20,936 nt of DNA, taken from the NCBI GenBank assembly GCA_045805065.1, contig JBJMMA010000257.1, positions 1-20,936 on the forward strand, written 5' to 3'. The notes below the pieces were generated by a model, which worked only from the letters and a program-made list of their open reading frames with translations, did not search any database and had not been told where the DNA came from. Shown here piece by piece: positions 8,820 through 15,681 of the stretch (positions are counted from its first letter, which is position 1; every line of letters begins with the position of its first letter). A program made the translations under genes and the position numbers. This stretch comes from Bdellovibrionia bacterium (GTDB lineage Bacteria > Bdellovibrionota > UBA1018).

Positions 8820-9578
8820 ATGGCGAGCCAAAAAACTGGTAAGAAGTTACCAGAATATACGTTCGAGCCGATCGGGATCCTAGAGACTTGCTTCAAAGAG
8901 AAGTTCGGGATCCCCCGCCAGCCAGGTCTTGTGGATGATGCGGATGGCATCTTAAAGCTTCGCGATCATCCGTTCATGAAGAACGCGATTCGTGAACTTG
9001 AAGGTTTCAGCCATCTTTGGATCATCTTTATCTTTCATCAACATGATGCAAAGGACTGGAAGCCATCCATCCGCCCCCCAAGATTGGGCGGCGCACGCAA
9101 AGTCGGCGTTCTGGCCTCACGCTCTCCTCATCGCCCAAATCCAATCGGGATGAGCGTTGTGAAACTCAAAAAAGTGGACGTTGATGCTCCAGGCGGACCT
9201 GAGATTCATGTCACAGGCGTTGATATCTTAGATGGCACCCCAGTGCTCGACATCAAGCCCTACATTCCTTATGCGGACTCCGTACCTGATGCTCGCGCAG
9301 GCTGGGCGGATGAACCCATTGAGCGCAATGTGGTCGAGTTCACCGAACAAGCTCTCACTGCAATCGATGCTCGCACCGGTGAGAAATATCCGCGCTTACG
9401 TGAGCTCATCGTCCAAATGCTTGAGCTTGATCCAAGGCCCGCGTTTCAAAAGCGTCGCATGCCCGCATCAAGCCCTGAAGCCGAAGGAACTCGTTACGGT
9501 TTCAAGCTCTTTGACTTTGATGTCAAATGGCAGATCCTGGGCGGTAAGTTCATCGTCCTCGACGTTGTCGATATGTAA
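8820..9578 (+). CDS. trmO: tRNA (N6-threonylcarbamoyladenosine37-N6)-methyltransferase TrmO (TsaA/YaeB)
   Basis: 252 aa. KEKFGIPRQPGL, RPPRLGG, SRSPHRPNPIGMS, DGTPVLDIKPY and LDPRPAF are diagnostic. Starts 6 nt after the ileS stop. Confidence 0.95.
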   Translation: MASQKTGKKLPEYTFEPIGILETCFKEKFGIPRQPGLVDDADGILKLRDHPFMKNAIRELEGFSHLWIIFIFHQHDAKDWKPSIRPPRLGGARKVGVLASRSPHRPNPIGMSVVKLKKVDVDAPGGPEIHVTGVDILDGTPVLDIKPYIPYADSVPDARAGWADEPIERNVVEFTEQALTAIDARTGEKYPRLRELIVQMLELDPRPAFQKRRMPASSPEAEGTRYGFKLFDFDVKWQILGGKFIVLDVVDM

Positions 9579-9581
9579 AGA

Positions 9582-10001
9582 TCATGGACTCAAAGTCACC
9601 ATCAGGTAAGCGTAGTCATTTTCCACGCTCTGGCTGAGCTGAATAGAATAAATATCCTGATCGCCCTTGAACATGATCCAGTTTGCCTGGCTCGTGAACT
9701 TTGGATCGTTTTTAATTCTGCGATCCGTAACAAAGTAAACCGTCTCAAGCGCCATCTTGGGTTCTACTGCGCGCTTGAATTGGCGAATCAGCAAATGAGC
9801 AAAGTAGCTTCTCTCCAAAGGCGTGCCTTTTCCGCAAACCACTAGATAGTCCCAGCTATCGCTTGCCTGCGCGGTGTGGATGCAATCGAGTTGAATCTGT
9901 CCATCCGCAGATTGGTATTTGAAATTAAAAGTGGGAGCTGCAAGGGCTTGAGTTTGAACCGCCACTAAACCTGCCAATGCCAACCATGCGAATTTTTTCA
10001 T
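9582..10001 (-). CDS. Secreted hypothetical protein
   Basis: 139 aa. Signal peptide MKKFAWLALAGLVAVQTQALA, SD-like AGGAG just before the ATG, two Cys, beta-strand-like mature part. Confidence 0.78.
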   Translation of the reverse strand: MKKFAWLALAGLVAVQTQALAAPTFNFKYQSADGQIQLDCIHTAQASDSWDYLVVCGKGTPLERSYFAHLLIRQFKRAVEPKMALETVYFVTDRRIKNDPKFTSQANWIMFKGDQDIYSIQLSQSVENDYAYLMVTLSP

Positions 10002-10045
10002 TGCTCCTGTCTATCTTGCGAACAGTGGATCGACAAGATCCTGCA

Positions 10046-10082
10046 GAAATAAAACAGGATCCCTCCGTTGAAGAGGGATCCT
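10046..10082 (-). terminator. Intrinsic terminator downstream of the DUF4142 gene
   Basis: Perfect 10-bp stem AGGATCCCTC (10056-10065) / GAGGGATCCT (10073-10082) with a 7-nt loop, followed on the minus strand by GTTTTATTTC. About 30 nt after the stop at 10112. Confidence 0.85.
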
Positions 10083-10111
10083 TACGGTCAACTAACCTGA
10101 GTCTACTTTGA

Positions 10112-10654
10112 TCAGCTGGAGGACTTTCCGCTGCCTGGATGGATTTGCTCAGCCATCTGATCGTGATGCTCCACCGTTGGCAAAAGCTGCGTCACAAGGC
10201 TTTTGACCTTGGCATCGCTGGTTTGCTGTTCCGCGTTCTTGAGCATTTCAACGGCCATATGGTGACCCACGCGATTGGCTTCCATGTAAGCGCGATCGAA
10301 CTCAGTGCCGGAGGTCGAGGCCAGCTTCTCCATCTGTCCCTGTTGCTGCGCAGTCATTGGGACCTGACCCAAAGTGAAGCCTTCTTGCTTAGCTAGTTTC
10401 GCCACCTTTTGATCAGCCTTGGTGTGGTCCTTGATCATGCGTTGGGCGAACTGCTTAACTTCCGGAGAGTGACCCTTTTGCATGGCCAATTTAGCCATCT
10501 TGATTTCTTGCTGATTCACGGTGTGAATCTTTGAAAGAATGTCTTGAGGGCTGGTGTCGGCGTTGGTCATGTTATCGGCAGCGCGGGCTGCACCACACCA
10601 TACCAATGCGAGAGCCACAACAAGCGAGCTGCCAAAGCGAAATGATGATCTCAT
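10112..10654 (-). CDS. DUF4142 domain (ferritin-like) secreted protein
   Basis: 180 aa. Signal peptide ending ARA; EIKMAKLA, VKQFAQRMIKDH, FDRAYM..NRVGH and LLPTVEHH match DUF4142. Strong SD TAAGGAG. Confidence 0.92.
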   Translation of the reverse strand: MRSSFRFGSSLVVALALVWCGAARAADNMTNADTSPQDILSKIHTVNQQEIKMAKLAMQKGHSPEVKQFAQRMIKDHTKADQKVAKLAKQEGFTLGQVPMTAQQQGQMEKLASTSGTEFDRAYMEANRVGHHMAVEMLKNAEQQTSDAKVKSLVTQLLPTVEHHDQMAEQIHPGSGKSSS

Positions 10655-10817
10655 GAAAGATCTCCTTATCTTTATAAAGGTGGGGGAAAGGTTCTAACCT
10701 AAGCCCTTCGTTGCAAGTGTCAGGCAAGACCTAGACAAGGCCTGAACAACTGTCAGCTTCTTACACATTATTTATGTGATTAATGCTCGGAATCCTTGGG
10801 TTTTTCCGAATCGCGCA

Positions 10818-10833
10818 TGGCACAACCATTGCT
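10818..10833 (+). promoter_or_regulatory. Sigma54 (RpoN) -24/-12 promoter
   Basis: TGGCAC-AACCA-TTGCT matches TGGCAC-N5-TTGCW exactly. Predicted +1 is about 10844, just upstream of SD GAAGGG and the ATG at 10859. Confidence 0.78.
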
Positions 10834-10858
10834 GCAATACAGCATGAAGGGTCGAGAC

Positions 10859-11578
10859 ATGATTCGCTTACAGACTCGCAAAATCAATTTCGTTACGTTG
10901 ATGAGCGCCGCATTGTCCGTAGCGTTCTGCATCACTACTTCCCCCGCATTTGCGGAGATGGGAGTTTTGGCAGCAGACCAAAACCAGAAATTCGAAGAGC
11001 TTCACACCCATTATTCCCCTCTTTCACAAGAGCGCCTGCAGCAGCTGGGCATCTCGGCGCATGACTACGAGCTTCGCTCGCAATATGGCTTGATGGATTA
11101 CAATTCCAAGTTTGCCCATTTCAACGATCTGAGCACTCAACGCGACGGCCTGATTCACGAAGTGGCGATGTATCAAGCCGATGGTCATCTCAAGCTTCTG
11201 AAGGCAAGAATTGAAGAAGAAGCTTCAGGCTCCATGGTCGCAAGATCAGCTCTTTTCCTGGGCACGGCTTATCTCTTTATCAACGGAAAGACATTTTCCA
11301 CGCATCTCACTGAGAACGTCGACCTCTCAGGAAATGCCAAGCTGGCCTCTGGAACTCATGCATTCTGCTTAACTCGCAGAAACATCTCACCGCTCGGCCT
11401 CTCCAGCGACATCGGCTATCAAATGGAGCCAGATGCCAATCCAACTCTGAGAGCCACGCTCAGCAAAGAAGTCGCCCCCCACGTCATTGCATCTGTCGGG
11501 CAAAAGCGCTCCCTCGCTGGAAGCGCTCCAACGCCTACTGAGAGCACCGGCGAAATTCGCTTTGGCGCAAGCTTCTAA
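10859..11578 (+). CDS. Exported hypothetical protein, possible outer-membrane protein
   Basis: Start placed at ATG 10859 from the SD, promoter position and signal peptide MIRLQTRK...SPAFA. The C-terminal half has amphipathic beta-strand patterns and ends GEIRFGASF (terminal Phe). Confidence 0.72.
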   Translation: MIRLQTRKINFVTLMSAALSVAFCITTSPAFAEMGVLAADQNQKFEELHTHYSPLSQERLQQLGISAHDYELRSQYGLMDYNSKFAHFNDLSTQRDGLIHEVAMYQADGHLKLLKARIEEEASGSMVARSALFLGTAYLFINGKTFSTHLTENVDLSGNAKLASGTHAFCLTRRNISPLGLSSDIGYQMEPDANPTLRATLSKEVAPHVIASVGQKRSLAGSAPTPTESTGEIRFGASF

Positions 11579-13071
11579 GCTTTCTTCTTCCAAAGAGACT
11601 TCATCCAGGCTTCGATGTCTTTCACCGTGTGAGGGATGTTTGCCGAAAGGTTCTTACAGCCCTTTTCCGTCACCACAACGTCGTCTTCAATGCGGACGCC
11701 GATGCCACGAAACCTGGCAGGAACCGTCATGTCATCCACCTGGAAGTAAAGACCTGGTTCAACGGTGAGAACCATCCCGGCTTCAAGCTTGCCGTACTTG
11801 TAATTCTCAGCACGGGCCTGCGCGCAATCATGAACATCAAGTCCCAGCATGTGGCTGACGTTATGAAGCGAGTAGCGCTTGTAGAATTGATTCTCATCCT
11901 TCAGAGCTTCTTCTGCGGAAGTTGGAAGAATTCCAAGCTTCTCAAGTCCTTCAGCAAGAACCTTCATCGCAGCGCGATTTGGCTCCATGAAGTCGTTGCC
12001 TGCCTTTACGGCCTTGAGTGCAGCGCTTTGCGCGGCAAGAACGAGTTCATAAATGAGCTTTTGTTCGCGGCTGAATTTGCCGCTGATTGGGAAAGTGCGC
12101 GTGATATCGGCCGTGTAAAGCGAATTGCCCTCAATGCCCGCATCCAAGAGAAGAAGATCGTTCTTGCGAAGGATGCCATCGTTTTTCTTCCAGTGAAGCG
12201 TACAAGCGTGTGCGCCCGAAGCCACGATTGAGCCATAGCCCACATCGTTCCCTTCCATTCTTGCGCGGGTGAAAAACACGCCCTCAAGCTCACGCTCGGT
12301 CTTCGCCGTTTTTATACGGCGAATCACGTCTTCAAATCCGCGCTTCGTGGCGTTGACAGCGTCTGCGAGTTCCTTGATCTCTTCCTTATCCTTGATCAAG
12401 CGCATCTCAGAAAGCGCTGTTGCAAGGTCCTGATCTTTCTTGCGCTGCTCAGGAGTGGAGCGTCCCACCCAAGCTTCCAACATCGCGGAATGATCACGCA
12501 GGATGCGCACGCCCTTAGGCGCTGCTGGCATCATGGACTTTACGAAAGTCTCAAGTTCAGGAAGTCCGCGCGTGTCCTGGACTCCGTACTTTGCGCGACT
12601 CTCAGGCACTCCAAGGCGTGCACCTTCCCAAAGCTCACCCTTGATACGATCCGTATAAAACGTCGCATCGGTTTTGCCTGGGTTGGGTTCGACAAAGAGC
12701 ACGTCTTTATGACCTGAGTTGCCCTCAGGCATCAAAGCCAGCACACAATCCGGCTCCATATTACCCGTCAGATAGTAAAAATCAGTCGCTGGTCTGAAGC
12801 TGTAGTGCGTATCGTTTGCACGCACTTTCAGATGACCCGTTGGAATCAAAATCAGCTCGCCTGGAAAGAGCTTCGAGAGCGCTTGGCGGCGCTTCTTGAA
12901 GTTCGCAAGATTGCGGATCGGCGCAGGCATCTTACCCGATGCTGGTTTCCAGTTCTTCAGCATGAAGGAAATCAGGTTCGGTGGGTTCACCGAATCATGA
13001 CTTGCTGCCGGTGCGGCTTGAACGGATGATTTTTTTACCTTGGCCGGGTTCGATGCATCAAAAGTAGACAT
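11575..13071 (-). CDS. pepP: Xaa-Pro aminopeptidase (aminopeptidase P, M24B)
   Basis: Metal-ligand motifs LLLDAG, YTADITRT, HNVSHMLGLDVHD, TVEPGLY and GVRIEDD; AMP_N motif RANDTHYSFRPATDFYYLTG. ATG 13071 preferred over TTG 13107. Confidence 0.95.
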   Translation of the reverse strand: MSTFDASNPAKVKKSSVQAAPAASHDSVNPPNLISFMLKNWKPASGKMPAPIRNLANFKKRRQALSKLFPGELILIPTGHLKVRANDTHYSFRPATDFYYLTGNMEPDCVLALMPEGNSGHKDVLFVEPNPGKTDATFYTDRIKGELWEGARLGVPESRAKYGVQDTRGLPELETFVKSMMPAAPKGVRILRDHSAMLEAWVGRSTPEQRKKDQDLATALSEMRLIKDKEEIKELADAVNATKRGFEDVIRRIKTAKTERELEGVFFTRARMEGNDVGYGSIVASGAHACTLHWKKNDGILRKNDLLLLDAGIEGNSLYTADITRTFPISGKFSREQKLIYELVLAAQSAALKAVKAGNDFMEPNRAAMKVLAEGLEKLGILPTSAEEALKDENQFYKRYSLHNVSHMLGLDVHDCAQARAENYKYGKLEAGMVLTVEPGLYFQVDDMTVPARFRGIGVRIEDDVVVTEKGCKNLSANIPHTVKDIEAWMKSLWKKKA

Positions 13072-13112
13072 GTGAGGCACAATACCTCGAATCAAACCAC
13101 CTGCCAACTGCG

Positions 13113-13850
13113 TCAGTGCCTCAGCAGCTGAGGATGTGAAGAAATATACTTCAGCACTTCTAAAGTCTTTTCGCGGATTCTGCGACTCGCAGCATCGAGG
13201 TTTCTCAAAAACTCTTCTTCGGTCGGATGCTCACCATCGACGATGTCCGTGACGGACTTAAGCGCCATGAATGGAACTTTCATCATCGATGCAATCCAGG
13301 CAATTGCGGCAGCTTCCATCTCTTTGACATTGCCTTCATTCTGCTCAATGAGTTTCAGGCAGACGTCTGTATGATCAAGAGCGTTTCCAGTTGAGACCCC
13401 GCCCTTTTTAAGTCCCAAAGCTTCAGCCATCCCAGAGGGCGCAAAAACAGGATATGAGCCAATTCCATAGGCATCAAATCCAGGAATCGGGATCCGGTGA
13501 TCGTGAAACTTGCAGGGCTTATCGATTAAAAAGACATCCCCGATCTCGCAGCCCCGGCTTCGAAAGCCTCCTGCTGTTCCTGCATTGATGCACAAATCCG
13601 GTTGAAAGCGAGAAAGCGTCACATAGGCGTTCAAAGTCGCGGGCTCGGTTCCAATGTTATCCACTTGATGGATGTCATGCTTTCCACTCAAGGAAAGCAT
13701 GAGCTCCATGCGGCCATCCAGCTGGCCGCGAAAATGTTTAAAAGGAAGTCTTGGGTCCCCAAAACTTGGATCATATTCGAGCGCAAGCTCATCAATCAGA
13801 GGTCTGGCCTCAGCTTCCATGGCAAAGATCAAAGCGACTTTAGAGATCAT
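13113..13850 (-). CDS. mtnN: 5'-methylthioadenosine/S-adenosylhomocysteine nucleosidase (plant MTN-like subtype)
   Basis: 245 aa. FAMEAEA, INAGTAGG, KEMEAAAIA and KSVTDIVDG are PNP/UDP-phosphorylase-superfamily MTAN motifs. Confidence 0.9.
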   Translation of the reverse strand: MISKVALIFAMEAEARPLIDELALEYDPSFGDPRLPFKHFRGQLDGRMELMLSLSGKHDIHQVDNIGTEPATLNAYVTLSRFQPDLCINAGTAGGFRSRGCEIGDVFLIDKPCKFHDHRIPIPGFDAYGIGSYPVFAPSGMAEALGLKKGGVSTGNALDHTDVCLKLIEQNEGNVKEMEAAAIAWIASMMKVPFMALKSVTDIVDGEHPTEEEFLRNLDAASRRIREKTLEVLKYISSHPQLLRH

Positions 13851-13859
13851 GTTGAAAAT

Positions 13860-14567
13860 CTACCCCCACGGACAAGTGCCGAACAAATCAAATGCCTTAT
13901 GCCAGGCTGGATTCCACTTGGAGCGGATCTTCAGCGACTCACCACTGAAAGGATGCTTGAGTTCCAGCATATAAGCCTTGAGCATCAGATGGCGCATCTT
14001 GAGCTCGTTTCTGAAGAAGCGATTGTGCTGACCGTCACCATATATTGTGTCGCCCACCAGAGGATGAGAGAGATGCCCAAAGTGGCGCCTGATCTGATGC
14101 ATTCTTCCCGTCTGTGGAACCACCCGGACTAAAGAGTAGCGCGCCGTTGGATAGCGTCCCACCGCGTAAGGAAGTTCAACTGTTGCCAATCGCTGATAAG
14201 CGGTTCTGGCTTCTCTTTTAATCGAGGGGTCGTTGTCATCCGAGAGAGGGCGATCCGTGACTCCCCCCTCCTCCGTCCACCCGCGGGTGACACAGACGTA
14301 AGTTTTTGTGACCTCATGCTTTTGGAATTGATCGCAGACCCGGCGCGCGGCTTCAGCATCCAGCGCAAAAAGCAGAACGCCGGACGTCGCGCGATCCAGA
14401 CGATGGATGGGATAAACATAACGGTCGAGTTGGCGCCGAAGTTGAAATATACAATCGAACGACCGCGAAACGCGGTGCTGCTGATCTTCAGGCTGATGGA
14501 CCTGAAACCCTGCAGGTTTATCTACGGCAACAAGCCAGTCATCTCGGTATAAAATGCGAAATTCCAT
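13860..14567 (-). CDS. truC: tRNA pseudouridine(65) synthase TruC (RluA family)
   Basis: 235 aa. VDKPAG, catalytic HRLDRATSG, TGRMHQIRRH, HPLVGDTIYG, plus the TruC-typical VELPYAVGRYPTARYSLV; no S4 domain. Confidence 0.9.
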   Translation of the reverse strand: MEFRILYRDDWLVAVDKPAGFQVHQPEDQQHRVSRSFDCIFQLRRQLDRYVYPIHRLDRATSGVLLFALDAEAARRVCDQFQKHEVTKTYVCVTRGWTEEGGVTDRPLSDDNDPSIKREARTAYQRLATVELPYAVGRYPTARYSLVRVVPQTGRMHQIRRHFGHLSHPLVGDTIYGDGQHNRFFRNELKMRHLMLKAYMLELKHPFSGESLKIRSKWNPAWHKAFDLFGTCPWG

Positions 14568-14619
14568 TCATTTCGCTTATTTCGCATCTTTTCAGAAATT
14601 CCAAGAAAATGAGGATAAA

Positions 14620-15084
14620 ATGATTAGAAATATGAGTATGCTGAACGTTTTGATGGCGCTAGGTACTTTGGCTCTGGCCCCTGCTTTAGCTCATACCGCA
14701 TATAGTTCAGATAATAACCCTGCTGAACTTGATTCTGCATCTGCGGAAGCTTTGACCAAAACCCAAGCTCTGCTACGAGATCCTCAAAAGCGCGCTCAGG
14801 CCGCGGCAGCTAACCCGCAGGCTCAGTTTGTAGATAAGCAGACTCAAGCGCTTGCCGGAAGCGCTGAAAACACGAACGCGATTTACGACCTTTCGGCCGA
14901 CATCATGGAATCCCTGGTTCTGAAAACAAACGGGGACCCTGCCAAGATGAAAGAGCTTATGGATCAGGCCAAGAACGACCCGAAAGGCTTTACCGAAAAC
15001 CTAACGCCTGAGCAACGCCAGAAGCTCAAAGAAATCTCTCAGAAGATCCCCGTCAGCGGATCGGCCCCAAAGGCCAAGCCGTAA
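14620..15084 (+). CDS. Secreted all-helical hypothetical protein
   Basis: ATG 14620 follows GAGGA and avoids overlap with truC. Hydrophobic signal-like N-terminus and a helical mature part with repeated DP motifs. Confidence 0.75.
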   Translation: MIRNMSMLNVLMALGTLALAPALAHTAYSSDNNPAELDSASAEALTKTQALLRDPQKRAQAAAANPQAQFVDKQTQALAGSAENTNAIYDLSADIMESLVLKTNGDPAKMKELMDQAKNDPKGFTENLTPEQRQKLKEISQKIPVSGSAPKAKP

Positions 15085-15089
15085 CCGTT

Positions 15090-15593
15090 TTAACGTCCGC
15101 TAGCGCGACGCTGGGTCTTGCGCGTACGGGCTGCTTTCACAGCAGCACGATGACGTACGCCTGGTCCCTTCGTCCGCGCAGCCTGACGTGCTGCTTTGGT
15201 TCTCGAAGCGGATCCGCGTTTGCGTGCCGCTTCACGACCTTGAGCTGACAAGGCGCGCTTAGAAGCTGCGGTACGTGGCTTGCGCTTGAGAACGGTTCTC
15301 GAAACGCGTCCGCGCTTGGCTGCAGATTCCCGTTTGAGACCAACTCCTTTAGTCTTCGTACCTTTTGAGGACTTGGACTTTGTCTTGGATGCGGACTGGG
15401 CTGGAATTGGAATCCCGATCTTACGGGCCTTGGACAATCCGATTGCGATCGCCTGTTTGACGTTCGCAGCGCCGTGAATGCCCTTGCGAATATGCTCGAT
15501 TTCCTCGCGAACAAACTCACCGGCCTGGGTCGTTGGAGCTTTGCCTTCGCGGGCATCTTTGCGTGCTCTCCGAATCGTTCTTTTCTCTGGCAT
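15090..15593 (-). CDS. DUF6496-type highly basic putative DNA-binding protein
   Basis: TTQAGEFVREEIEHIRKG..G....KQAIAIGLSKARK core followed by a long K/R/A/S-rich tail. ATG 15593 has SD AAAGGAG. Confidence 0.85.
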   Translation of the reverse strand: MPEKRTIRRARKDAREGKAPTTQAGEFVREEIEHIRKGIHGAANVKQAIAIGLSKARKIGIPIPAQSASKTKSKSSKGTKTKGVGLKRESAAKRGRVSRTVLKRKPRTAASKRALSAQGREAARKRGSASRTKAARQAARTKGPGVRHRAAVKAARTRKTQRRASGR

Positions 15594-15624
15594 AAAAGAT
15601 TCTCCTTTTTCCGCGGCAATCTCA

Positions 15625-15640
15625 TGCACTCAGCGTTCCA
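15625..15640 (-). promoter_or_regulatory. Putative sigma54 -24/-12 promoter for the DUF6496 gene
   Basis: Minus strand reads TGGAACG-CTGA-GTGCA (two mismatches to TGGCACG-N4-TTGCA). Predicted +1 is about 15614, just upstream of the SD and ATG 15593. Confidence 0.6.
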
Positions 15641-15681
15641 AATCCTCCACTCAGCACGAAGAATGCACAGGGTGCCCGGGC

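Noticed and set aside
10712..10727. Sigma54 promoter for DUF4142 (minus strand TTGCCTG-ACAC-TTGCA)
   Set aside because: The -12 element is perfect but the near-invariant GG reads TG, so it is not listed as a feature.
15137..15625. Alternative-frame 162-aa ORF overlapping the DUF6496 gene
   Set aside because: Same strand, different frame, no motif; the DUF6496 frame has the conserved core and a strong SD.
15478..15681. 68-aa N-terminal extension of the sugar-binding protein given by the ORF track
   Set aside because: It overlaps the DUF6496 gene and its promoter on the opposite strand; the signal peptide starts at ATG 15682.
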